From assembly GCA_964349465.1 (NCBI GenBank), contig CAYGGC010000007.1:1-58669 (forward strand): 58,669 nt of DNA, written 5' to 3'. Source of the DNA: an uncultured Gammaproteobacteria bacterium (GTDB lineage: Bacteria > Patescibacteriota > Patescibacteriia > SBBC01 > CAIJZX01). This document shows, piece after piece, positions 9,369 to 17,275 of the stretch (position 1 is the stretch's first letter; the number at the start of each line of letters is the position of its first letter). A program made the translations under genes and the position numbers. The notes under the pieces were generated by a model, which searched no databases, was not told the origin of the DNA, and was given only the letters and a program-made list of their open reading frames with translations.

Positions 9369-10676
9369 ATGGTCGTCTATCCGGTCCTGCGCAAAACCCT
9401 TCTTCCGTTGCTCCGCTGGCGCATTCGCGAGATTCAGGGACTTGAGAACCTGCCGACCGAGGGTGGGTATATTTTGGCGGCAAATCACCAAAGCTGGATT
9501 GATTCAGCGATTTTGGCTGGTGCTGTCTATCGGAATATCACGAAGTCGCTACGCTTCGTCGCCCAGTCCAGTAAGTACCGGATGTTCGGCGGTATCCCGA
9601 TCAACGAGTACGACAAGAGTAAAGTTCTTGATATCGCCCTTGGGTATTTACAGGGAGGGCATCCGATCGCCATCTTTCCAGAAGGCAACAGCAACAAGAA
9701 TCCTGAACTACGATCCGGGAAAACCGGCGCAGCTCGGTTAGCATTACGTTCGGGTGCTCCGGTAATTCCGGTTGGGATTCAGGGAGTTCAGGGCGTGAAG
9801 GCGTGGCAGGCGATACTCTGGTTCAAAATGTTCTGGAAGCCCTGCCGCGTCGTGATTGGGAAACCGGTCGTGTTTTCGAAAACCGATTTAACCGGTGAAG
9901 ATTCCGAAGCGCTCCAGCACGTGACGCACGAAATTATGCGGCACATCAGCGAGGTCTCGGGAAAGGCATACCAGCCGGGGTCACCGTTTCAACAACTTGA
10001 ACCGTCAAAAATGTTTCTTGAGAAAGTCCTTTGGGGACTGTTTCTACCTTTGCTCCGCTGGCGCGTCCGGGTCGGCGGGACCGAAAATGTACCGGCCTCC
10101 GGCGGCTTTATTGTGGCAGGAAATCACAGTAGTTATTTTGATCCGGCCGCCGTTATGATCGCCGTTATGCGCGCAGGACGACCGCGACCGTTTTTCTTAA
10201 CGAAAGAAAGCATCGCTCGTGTCTGGCGAAAAATCCTTGGGCGAAACGCTTGGCAAGCGTTAGGGATGTTGCCGATCGATAATCATGATAAGTCAAAAGT
10301 ACTTCAGTCAGCCGTTGACCATCTTCACGCCGGCGGTGTCGTCGGAATTTTTCCCGAAGGGACGCGGAACAAGCCAAAATTAAATCCGCAATGGGAAACC
10401 ACGTTGCTCAAGGGCCGGACGGGCGTGGCCAGATTAGTGGTTGCGACAAACGTGCCCGTCATTCCAGCCGCCATCCGCGCGCCGCGTGGCCACGGCCTTG
10501 GGGAAACACTGGTAAGCGTCTTGAAGTTTTGGAAGCCGGTCTACGTCACGTTTGGAGCGCCGGTGGAGATTCCGCTCCAAGCGTCCACCGAGCCGACGAA
10601 GGCCGAACTTGAATTGATTACCAAGAACGTCATGACGGCGGTGGCGGCGATGACGGGTTTGAAATATCCCTACTAA
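9369..10676 (+). CDS. tandem-duplicated (two-domain) lysophospholipid acyltransferase, PlsC/LPLAT family
   Basis: Two complete LPLAT modules. Module 1 has NHQSWID (His codon at nt 9486) and FPEGNSNK. Module 2 has NHSSYFD (His codon at nt 10125) and FPEGTRNK. Both halves open with LLPLLRWR(I/V)R. Confidence 0.85.
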   Translation: MVVYPVLRKTLLPLLRWRIREIQGLENLPTEGGYILAANHQSWIDSAILAGAVYRNITKSLRFVAQSSKYRMFGGIPINEYDKSKVLDIALGYLQGGHPIAIFPEGNSNKNPELRSGKTGAARLALRSGAPVIPVGIQGVQGVKAWQAILWFKMFWKPCRVVIGKPVVFSKTDLTGEDSEALQHVTHEIMRHISEVSGKAYQPGSPFQQLEPSKMFLEKVLWGLFLPLLRWRVRVGGTENVPASGGFIVAGNHSSYFDPAAVMIAVMRAGRPRPFFLTKESIARVWRKILGRNAWQALGMLPIDNHDKSKVLQSAVDHLHAGGVVGIFPEGTRNKPKLNPQWETTLLKGRTGVARLVVATNVPVIPAAIRAPRGHGLGETLVSVLKFWKPVYVTFGAPVEIPLQASTEPTKAELELITKNVMTAVAAMTGLKYPY

Positions 10677-10678
10677 GT

Positions 10679-11299
10679 ATGCGACCGTCCCGCGCTGTAT
10701 ATCAGACCCTTTCGAATATTGTCTATCCGATTTTTCAGGCAAAAATAAAAAAAATTGAAGGGTGGGAGCATGTCCCGCGACGCGGCGGATTTGTCATCGC
10801 GGCTAACCATATTGATTGGCTCGATGGTTTCTATATCGCGGCCGCAGTCGGCGCTCAGCTCAATCGACCAGTGTATTTTTTAACGAAATCAAATAATTAT
10901 TGGTGGACAACCATCACGATTCAGATTCCACCAACCGGTCGAAGTGCGATTGTTGATACGGCGACGGTTCAACTGCAAAAAGGAAAAATTATTTGTAATT
11001 TCCCGGAAGGTGTTCGCAATCTGGAGAAAAGTTTAGCAACAGGAAAAACTGGGACGGCTCGAATGGCGATTCGGGCCGGTGTGCCGGTGGTGCCCCTGGG
11101 TATTCGTTGCGACGCCGGCCGGACTATGGCACAATCGTTACTGTATCTCGCTTCGCCGCAGCACAACGTTTCCCTCCGCTTCGGCGCCCCGATCATGTTT
11201 ACAAAAAATCACGAGCCCTCGCCCATCAACGTTCGTGATGGGACCGAACGGATTATGCGCGCGATCGCCCCGCTCGCGAATAAACACTATTCACACTAA
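10679..11299 (+). CDS. plsC: 1-acyl-sn-glycerol-3-phosphate acyltransferase family protein
   Basis: NHIDWLD (HX4D) and FPEGVRN motifs. Starts 3 nt after the previous stop. Confidence 0.85.
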   Translation: MRPSRAVYQTLSNIVYPIFQAKIKKIEGWEHVPRRGGFVIAANHIDWLDGFYIAAAVGAQLNRPVYFLTKSNNYWWTTITIQIPPTGRSAIVDTATVQLQKGKIICNFPEGVRNLEKSLATGKTGTARMAIRAGVPVVPLGIRCDAGRTMAQSLLYLASPQHNVSLRFGAPIMFTKNHEPSPINVRDGTERIMRAIAPLANKHYSH

Positions 11300-11302
11300 C
11301 GT

Positions 11303-12760
11303 ATGTATCTTCCCTGGCAAACCGTTTCACACTTGAGTCGGAGCGAGCAACAGGAGTTACAGGATAAAAAACTCCGCTGGTTCTTTCGTCACAAACTTCC
11401 CTACTCTCCATTTTTTCGACAACGTCTCGAAGAACTCCGTCTTTCGCCATCGGATTTCAAGACCACCGCCGATCTAGAAAAATTACCACTCATTTCGAAA
11501 GCGGATATTGCTCCGACCGAAGCCGAACGCGCCAAACCGCGCCAGTTTATCTTGCAACCAGACGAGCATCTGCTGAAAAAATATGCGACCAAAAGCGAGT
11601 TGTTGAATCTGGTGAAAATGAAGATAACGAAACAGGACCCGAAACCGGTTCTAGAAAAAGAATATAAGCCGCTTCATATTCATTTTACGACCGGCCGAAC
11701 CGCACTGCCGACCCCGTTTACGTATTCGGCCTACGATCTCGAGATGCTCCGAGAAACCGGACGGCGGGCGTTTAACGTCGCCGGATTTGCGAGCACAAAC
11801 GTTGGCTTGAACGCCTTCCCGTATTCACCACACCTGGGTTTTTGGCTGGCGTACTATGGTCTTCTCGAAGCTGGTATTACCTCGCTCGCAACGGGTGGCG
11901 GAAAAGTGATGGGGACGCAAAAAATTATGGATAGTTTAGAACGACTGAAAGTAAACGTCGTGACGATTATCCCGGGCTACGCCTATCATTTGCTCCGCGA
12001 AGCGGTGAAGCAAAAACGGGATTTTTCGAATCTGAAATATCTGGTGTTCGGGGCGGAGCGGGTTTCTCCGGCGTTCCGTGAAAAGGTCAAAGAACTCTTA
12101 GCCCAGGTGAATGCGACAGAGGTGCAGATTTTAGCGACGTATGCATCAACCGAAGCGAAAACCGCTTGGATTCAGTGTGCCGAGCATACTGGCTACCACC
12201 TCTATCCTGATCTCGAATATATCGAACTAGTTGACGCTGATGGCAGAAGAGTCAAAGAAGGTGAGGCGGGCGAGATTGTCTTTACGGCGCTTGATTGGCG
12301 TGGAACGGTCGTGGTGCGGTACCGTACCGGCGATATGGCCCAGGGAATTGATTACTCGCCCTGTCCAAGTTGCGGCCGGACGGTGCCGCGAATTCTACCG
12401 GATATCCAGCGGAAATCCGATGTCAAAGAATTCAACCTGACGAAAATTAAAGGCGAGCTCGTCAACTTGAATAACATTTTCCCGATCATGTCGAGTATTA
12501 AGGGCGTTGATGAGTGGCAAGTCATTATCCGTAAGCGCAATAACGACGCCTTTGATCTTGATGAAATTGTTATCGCTGTGTCGCCGAAGTCCGGCGCGTC
12601 CTTTGGTGCGCTCGAGGACGAAGTGAAGAAAAAGATGCACGCGGAAATGCAAGTCGGCGTGATCGTTGAAGAAAAAACTACTGAGCAGTTAATCGAAGCT
12701 CTGGGAATGGAAACTGAATTGAAAGAAAAACGCATCGTTGATAGTCGGCCGAAAACGTGA
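11303..12760 (+). CDS. adenylate-forming enzyme, phenylacetate-CoA ligase/CapK (F390-synthetase-like) family
   Basis: HFTTGRTALP (a variant of the SSGTTG-P AMP loop) and RYRTGD motif. 485 aa. Confidence 0.75.
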   Translation: MYLPWQTVSHLSRSEQQELQDKKLRWFFRHKLPYSPFFRQRLEELRLSPSDFKTTADLEKLPLISKADIAPTEAERAKPRQFILQPDEHLLKKYATKSELLNLVKMKITKQDPKPVLEKEYKPLHIHFTTGRTALPTPFTYSAYDLEMLRETGRRAFNVAGFASTNVGLNAFPYSPHLGFWLAYYGLLEAGITSLATGGGKVMGTQKIMDSLERLKVNVVTIIPGYAYHLLREAVKQKRDFSNLKYLVFGAERVSPAFREKVKELLAQVNATEVQILATYASTEAKTAWIQCAEHTGYHLYPDLEYIELVDADGRRVKEGEAGEIVFTALDWRGTVVVRYRTGDMAQGIDYSPCPSCGRTVPRILPDIQRKSDVKEFNLTKIKGELVNLNNIFPIMSSIKGVDEWQVIIRKRNNDAFDLDEIVIAVSPKSGASFGALEDEVKKKMHAEMQVGVIVEEKTTEQLIEALGMETELKEKRIVDSRPKT

Positions 12761-13025
12761 GCCGAGGAAAAATTAATGTTGCCTGGCATAGCACGCATCG
12801 CATGCCAACCAGAGCGACCATCCCACAACGCATAAATTGGCACAAACAACATCAGCGCCAATGTGCCTGCCGACCGATTCCCGTCCTGGTTGAGAAAATG
12901 ATGGCAACGATGGAGGAACGACAACGGTAAAATTCTCGTCCAGGTTGCGTTTTTTGGTAGGTCGTCGTACGATACTGAAATCCTTTTTTGTACTTTTTTC
13001 GGACCGCAACGCTAGTGGAGGGTGC

Positions 13026-13322
13026 ATGACGATAGATATCGAACTGTCCTCAGGGCTGGGGCGGATCGAGCTACTCGGTGTTGAGCTCGAGGGTCGCGGT
13101 GAGCAAGGTTTGATTGCTCGAGGCTTGATGGGCAAATTTCCGGTTCGCGTGAACGTGATCGGACGGATCATCGTCCTAACTGCTGTGCCCGTGCCCGACG
13201 ATGAACGTCGCACGGTCCGGTGGGTGGTGACCGAAAGGTTGTCGCCGAACTGGCTTTCTGTGCCACCTCGTTGGGACTACAGTGAAGCACAATGGACGTG
13301 CCGTGTCCGTCTGCACAAGTAA
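13026..13322 (+). CDS. hypothetical small protein, paralogue A (98 aa)
   Basis: GGAGGG lies 3 nt upstream of ATG 13026. Shares MxID N-terminus and the NW...W(T/I)CR(V/I)R C-terminal pattern with the next gene. Confidence 0.5.
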   Translation: MTIDIELSSGLGRIELLGVELEGRGEQGLIARGLMGKFPVRVNVIGRIIVLTAVPVPDDERRTVRWVVTERLSPNWLSVPPRWDYSEAQWTCRVRLHK

Positions 13323-13328
13323 GCTCGT

Positions 13329-13356
13329 CGTTCAATCGCGGTTGAACGATTTTTTT
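13329..13356 (+). terminator. intrinsic terminator
   Basis: CGTTCAA-6 nt-TTGAACG hairpin followed by ATTTTTTT. Confidence 0.6.
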
Positions 13357-13357
13357 A

Positions 13358-13385
13358 TTGACAAAATCCGCCGACTTGCTAGGGT
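13358..13385 (+). promoter_or_regulatory. putative sigma70-type promoter
   Basis: TTGACA-16 nt-TAGGGT. Confidence 0.35.
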
Positions 13386-13421
13386 GGGGCTATTCGAGGT
13401 TCCATTCACAAGGGGGGCGTA

Positions 13422-13748
13422 ATGAACATCGACGTTCGTTTCACACATGGCCAACAGACCATTGCGCTGGCCGAGGTCAGTCTTGTGGCTCATCAGGCCG
13501 CGAGAATACCGACTGAACATCGGCAACAGTTCTTCGACGTGATGCTCTGGAGGACGCCGACCGGCGGGGTGCTGGTCGCTCTGCTTCCACGTTTTGGCAA
13601 AGTCGCCTGGCGTTGGATTTGTCGACCCCGGTTAGGCGTCAACTGGAAAAAAGCTGATGTCGCGGACAACTCTTCACCGGGACGATGGATCTGCCGCATA
13701 CGTCGCTCGAGTACACCAGAGCGAAAAGGAGGGATAACACATGCCTAA
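13422..13748 (+). CDS. hypothetical small protein, paralogue B (108 aa)
   Basis: AGGGGGG Shine-Dalgarno. Pattern WRWICRPRLGVNW...RWICRIRR parallels paralogue A. Confidence 0.5.
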   Translation: MNIDVRFTHGQQTIALAEVSLVAHQAARIPTEHRQQFFDVMLWRTPTGGVLVALLPRFGKVAWRWICRPRLGVNWKKADVADNSSPGRWICRIRRSSTPERKGGITHA

Positions 13749-14388
13749 CCTTGGGCAGTGGCTGTGGTATTTGTTACAGGAGCCAGGATGCCCGGCGAGC
13801 TTCAAAGAACCGGCGTTTGACGTCGTCCTGGTGCAGGCGTTTGGCCGAAACCATCTTCACGATAATGATTTGGCCAATATGCGCCGGTTTCATGATGAGC
13901 ATGGTGGCAACGACGCCCACACCTTAGCGTGGTGCCGTGATCACGTTGAGCCGGGTGTGCCAAACCGGATATTGGCGTGGCACCTCATGAACATCATGCA
14001 CCATCACGAGGTGCTGGCTTTCGCGCAATGGGAGGTTGTAGCCGCGTGTCCAGCGGATTGGTATGCGGCGCATCACCACCGAGTCGTATGTCTCTGGCCG
14101 CCCGCAACGCCGGGTCAATATTTTTCGACTCGTGACGTGCTCGAGAAGTCCTTCGCCGAGATGCGTCCGCGGGGTCGATCGCGGCCATTGATTCTGGCCC
14201 ACGCTGGACAGGCGATGCGGGTCGCGATGATGATCCGGAAGATGACGGATCGCTGGCCGGCGGTTTGGGTAGATTTACCGGACGACTTTGACCGATCATC
14301 CGTCCAATCGTGGACGCGAAATCGATGGGCGTGGATGATGCACGAGTTTCTGGCCCGCGCTCACCACATTGTTCATGGCTGGGTGTAA
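13741..14388 (+). CDS. W/H-rich hypothetical protein, possibly distant DUF218/YdcF-like
   Basis: AGGAGGG Shine-Dalgarno and an 8-nt overlap with the upstream stop (coupling). VVLVQAFG...STRDVLEKS...LILAHAGQAMRV loosely follows the DUF218 pattern. Confidence 0.5.
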   Translation: MPNLGQWLWYLLQEPGCPASFKEPAFDVVLVQAFGRNHLHDNDLANMRRFHDEHGGNDAHTLAWCRDHVEPGVPNRILAWHLMNIMHHHEVLAFAQWEVVAACPADWYAAHHHRVVCLWPPATPGQYFSTRDVLEKSFAEMRPRGRSRPLILAHAGQAMRVAMMIRKMTDRWPAVWVDLPDDFDRSSVQSWTRNRWAWMMHEFLARAHHIVHGWV

Positions 14389-14405
14389 CACCGTTCTCAT
14401 CAAGG

Positions 14406-14431
14406 GCGGTTTTTTTCTAGAAAAAAACCGC
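14406..14431. terminator. perfect 26-bp palindrome between convergent genes (bidirectional terminator candidate)
   Basis: GCGG-T7-CTAG-A7-CCGC. Confidence 0.45.
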
Positions 14432-14446
14432 GCTGTGAAGCGAGGC

Positions 14447-14653
14447 TTATTCCTGACCATCGCAGTTATCAGCCCGTCCGACGATCGTGGTGGAACCATT
14501 CGCAACCAGGTCGTCAACGCGACTTTTTGTGGATTTGGTGACCTTGGCGCAGGTAAACTGACCAGTGCTGTCGGGCGTGGGTGAGAGGTATCGGCATTGT
14601 GCCTCTCCTTCGCCGTATCGACAGATGCGCATAACATGAACCGATGTGGGCAT
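14447..14653 (-). CDS. small 4-Cys hypothetical protein (68 aa)
   Basis: AGGAGG lies 4 nt upstream of ATG 14653. No family recognised. Confidence 0.4.
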   Translation of the reverse strand: MPTSVHVMRICRYGEGEAQCRYLSPTPDSTGQFTCAKVTKSTKSRVDDLVANGSTTIVGRADNCDGQE

Positions 14654-14790
14654 GGAACCTCCTAGCAAAAGAGCGACGCGGAGGTAACATCGTATCTGGT
14701 ATGAACGTAAAGGTCAAGAAGAGCATACAGTGGTTGACGTATGAAGAAAACTGCGATACACTCTGACCGCCTATTTTTGTATTTTTTCCT

Positions 14791-16086
14791 ATGCAGGTTA
14801 CCGTTGAAAAACAACCGAAGTCCCAGGTCAAACTAACCGTTGAATTATCGGTCGAGCAGATGCAGCCGTATCTTGATCGCGCGGCCGAGAAACTTTCCGC
14901 CCAATATAAAATTGAAGGCTTTCGCCCCGGCAAGGCCAGTCTTGGTATTGTGGTCCAGAAGCTTGGCGCTCAGCATGTTTGGGAAGAGGCAGCCGAACTC
15001 GCCGTTCGAAAAAGTTTTGTCCAGGCACTGACCGATCACCAGATCAAATCCATCGGCCAACCGCACGTTAGCGTGGTGAAACTCGCCGCGGATAATCCAT
15101 TTATCTTTACGGCCCACGTCGCTGTTTTGCCAGAGGTGATACTCGACGACTACAAAAAATATTCAACCAAGGTGACAACGGCGACGGTTGAACCGGCGAA
15201 GGTCGATCAAGCGATTGAAGAACTCCGGGCCATGTTCGCAACTGAGGCACAAGCCGACCGCGCGGCGGTCATGGGCGATAAAGTCGAAGTGGATTTTACC
15301 GTTACAGTCGATAAGGTTCCACTCGAAGGCGGCTCCAGCAAACAGCATCCAGTCATGCTCGGCTCAAAAAACTTTATCCCAGGCTTTGAAGAAAATATTG
15401 TCGGGATGAAAAAAGACGAGCAGAAAACGTTTGAACTTGAATTCCCGAAGGAATACCATAATGCCAGCGTGGCCGGTAAGAAAGCGGAATTTGCCGTGAC
15501 GGTCCGCCAAGTGTTCGCCGTGACGAAGCCGGAAGTGAACGACGACTTTGCGAAAAAAGCTGGCACGTTTGAAAACCTGGCCGCTCTGCGTAGTCAGGTT
15601 GAAAAAAACCTCCTGCAAGAAGCTCAGCAAGCCGAGGATGGAAAATTCGAACGCGCGCTGCTCGATGAGCTCATCAAGCACACAAAATTCTCCGAGATTC
15701 CGGAACTCCTGATCGATTCGGAGTTATCAAAAATGATTCACGAGCTTCAGGAAGAAGTCGGCCGCCAAGGCGCGATTAAATGGGAAGATTACTTGAGCGG
15801 GATCAAAAAGAACGAGGAGGAATTAAAAAAGGAATTTAAACCCCAGGCTGAACGCCGCGTGAAGTCCGCCTTAATCATCCGCACCATCGCCGAAAAGGAA
15901 AACGTTACGGTAGAAGATCCAGCGGTTGAGGAAGAGGTTCAGGCCACTCTTAAAATTTACGATTCAAGTCCCGATTTACGCGAACGGATTGATACGCCAG
16001 ATTATCGCGATTATGTCCGCGGGCTGTTGATCAATCGAAAAGTGATCGAAATGATCAAAGGTTGGGCGACGGCGCCAGCGGCGTAA
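14791..16086 (+). CDS. tig: trigger factor
   Basis: 431 aa. N-terminal ribosome-binding domain (GFRPGKA), central FKBP-type PPIase and C-terminal arm domain. Confidence 0.9.
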   Translation: MQVTVEKQPKSQVKLTVELSVEQMQPYLDRAAEKLSAQYKIEGFRPGKASLGIVVQKLGAQHVWEEAAELAVRKSFVQALTDHQIKSIGQPHVSVVKLAADNPFIFTAHVAVLPEVILDDYKKYSTKVTTATVEPAKVDQAIEELRAMFATEAQADRAAVMGDKVEVDFTVTVDKVPLEGGSSKQHPVMLGSKNFIPGFEENIVGMKKDEQKTFELEFPKEYHNASVAGKKAEFAVTVRQVFAVTKPEVNDDFAKKAGTFENLAALRSQVEKNLLQEAQQAEDGKFERALLDELIKHTKFSEIPELLIDSELSKMIHELQEEVGRQGAIKWEDYLSGIKKNEEELKKEFKPQAERRVKSALIIRTIAEKENVTVEDPAVEEEVQATLKIYDSSPDLRERIDTPDYRDYVRGLLINRKVIEMIKGWATAPAA

Positions 16087-16100
16087 CAACAGAATGAATA

Positions 16101-16129
16101 AAAAACCGGCCAACAAGCCGGTTTTTTTT
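16101..16129 (+). terminator. intrinsic terminator
   Basis: AACCGGC-CAACAA-GCCGGTT hairpin followed by a T-run. Confidence 0.75.
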
Positions 16130-16144
16130 GCGACCACCAATCCC

Positions 16145-16174
16145 TTGACAACTACTTGAGTAATCAAGTAATAT
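16145..16174 (+). promoter_or_regulatory. sigma70-type promoter of the MarR gene (leaderless configuration)
   Basis: TTGACA-18 nt-TAATAT. The -10 box ends 6 nt before ATG 16181. Confidence 0.55.
16153..16170. promoter_or_regulatory. inverted repeat in the promoter spacer, candidate MarR operator
   Basis: TACTTGA-GTAA-TCAAGTA, perfect 7-bp arms. Confidence 0.45.
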
Positions 16175-16180
16175 ACCCAT

Positions 16181-16612
16181 ATGAAACATCTCACTCCTTC
16201 GATCCAATTTTTTCTCCAACTCGCGAAGACCCAAAGTCGTTTAACGAATCGGTTTGATCGCGCCTTGGGCGGGCTGAGCCTGACCGAATTTCTCGTCCTC
16301 TTTAGCCTTGAACAAGCCCCCGATCGTCAACTTTCCCGCATTGCTTTAGCCGAACAGGTTGGATTAACCGCTTCTGGTATCACGAGGATTCTTCTACCGA
16401 TGGCGAAGATTCACCTCGTTAAAGACGGAAAAGCGGCCGATGACGCTCGCGTGCGAATGGTTGAAGCGACCGCAGCGGGTCGAGAAAAGATTCATGATGA
16501 ACTTATTCGGCTTGGTTATATTGCTGATGAACTACTCCTTAAGACAAGCAAAGAAACGCTGAGCAGCATGACCCAATTACTTAAAGACCTCGGCGGTCGA
16601 GCGATGAGTTAA
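16181..16612 (+). CDS. MarR-family transcriptional regulator
   Basis: 143 aa winged-helix pattern: LSLTEFLVLFSL...LSRIALAEQVGLTASGITRIL. Confidence 0.8.
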   Translation: MKHLTPSIQFFLQLAKTQSRLTNRFDRALGGLSLTEFLVLFSLEQAPDRQLSRIALAEQVGLTASGITRILLPMAKIHLVKDGKAADDARVRMVEATAAGREKIHDELIRLGYIADELLLKTSKETLSSMTQLLKDLGGRAMS

Positions 16613-16690
16613 CTTGTAAGTTGTGCGAGTGGTTGCTCGGATATCTAGACTTTGCTACTCTGAACAGTATCATTGACTTTGGCTACGTAT

Positions 16691-17116
16691 ATGATCGATT
16701 GGAATGTTTCGTGGTTACCGGTTCTCAGTGTAACGCTGTTGAATTTTTTTGGTAGCTGGGTCTATTACTCGCCGATGTCGCCGCTGTTTAAAAAGTGGCA
16801 ACTCGCACTCGGAATGGATCCGAATAAACGGACGATGACCGAGGAAGAGAAGAAGAATATGCCCCGACTGTTCGGCGGCGCGATCCTGGCCTCGTTCTTG
16901 ATTGCCTATGGCATGAGCGTTTTTGTTCACTCGCTCGGACTCGAGACGTTTGCGGACGGCGCAATCTTCGGGGTAGTGGCCTGGGCGACGTTTGCGGTTA
17001 CCCTCAGCCTCAATACCCAATTTGAAGGTCGAAAACCAGTCGTCCTCGTTATCAATAATATTCTTTACGTTGTAACGTACGCGATATTCGGCGGTATCTT
17101 TGCGATTTGGAGATAA
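16691..17116 (+). CDS. DUF1761-family membrane protein
   Basis: About 140 aa with four hydrophobic helices. N-terminal NFFGSWVYYSP pattern. ATG 16691; alternative TTG 16673. Confidence 0.6.
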   Translation: MIDWNVSWLPVLSVTLLNFFGSWVYYSPMSPLFKKWQLALGMDPNKRTMTEEEKKNMPRLFGGAILASFLIAYGMSVFVHSLGLETFADGAIFGVVAWATFAVTLSLNTQFEGRKPVVLVINNILYVVTYAIFGGIFAIWR

Positions 17117-17128
17117 TTAGTTCTTGAT

Positions 17129-17160
17129 GAAAGGGCCCCGCCTAAAGGCGGGGCCCTTTC
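17129..17160 (+). terminator. strong intrinsic terminator (left edge of AT-rich islet)
   Basis: 14-bp stem GAAAGGGCCCCGCC-TAAA-GGCGGGGCCCTTTC. Confidence 0.75.
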
Positions 17161-17201
17161 ATATTTGCTTTTCATTTGGGCGGGGTGTAGGCACGGCTAA
17201 G

Positions 17202-17230
17202 TTGAAGTTTTATCGAAAAAAGAGTATAAT
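17202..17230 (+). promoter_or_regulatory. sigma70-type promoter
   Basis: TTGAAG-17 nt-TATAAT. Confidence 0.55.
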
Positions 17231-17275
17231 ATAGATGAAAAATAAGAAAAACAGACCGTTTGTTCCCAAATTTTC

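Noticed and set aside
12788-12815. Sigma54-like TGGCAT...GCAT element and small palindromes in the 12761-13025 gap.
   Set aside because: The GG-to-GC spacing is 10 rather than 12, and no enhancer-binding protein is present. Probably fortuitous.
12352-13213. Long minus-strand ORFs (12352-12924 and 12773-13213). Similar cases are 3286-3783, 19417-19902, 30944-31348, 42181-42900, 44862-45335 and 44971-45498.
   Set aside because: They lie antisense to, or out of frame with, CDSs that carry clear family motifs. Their translations are low-complexity (R/S/P-rich). I treat them as shadow ORFs.
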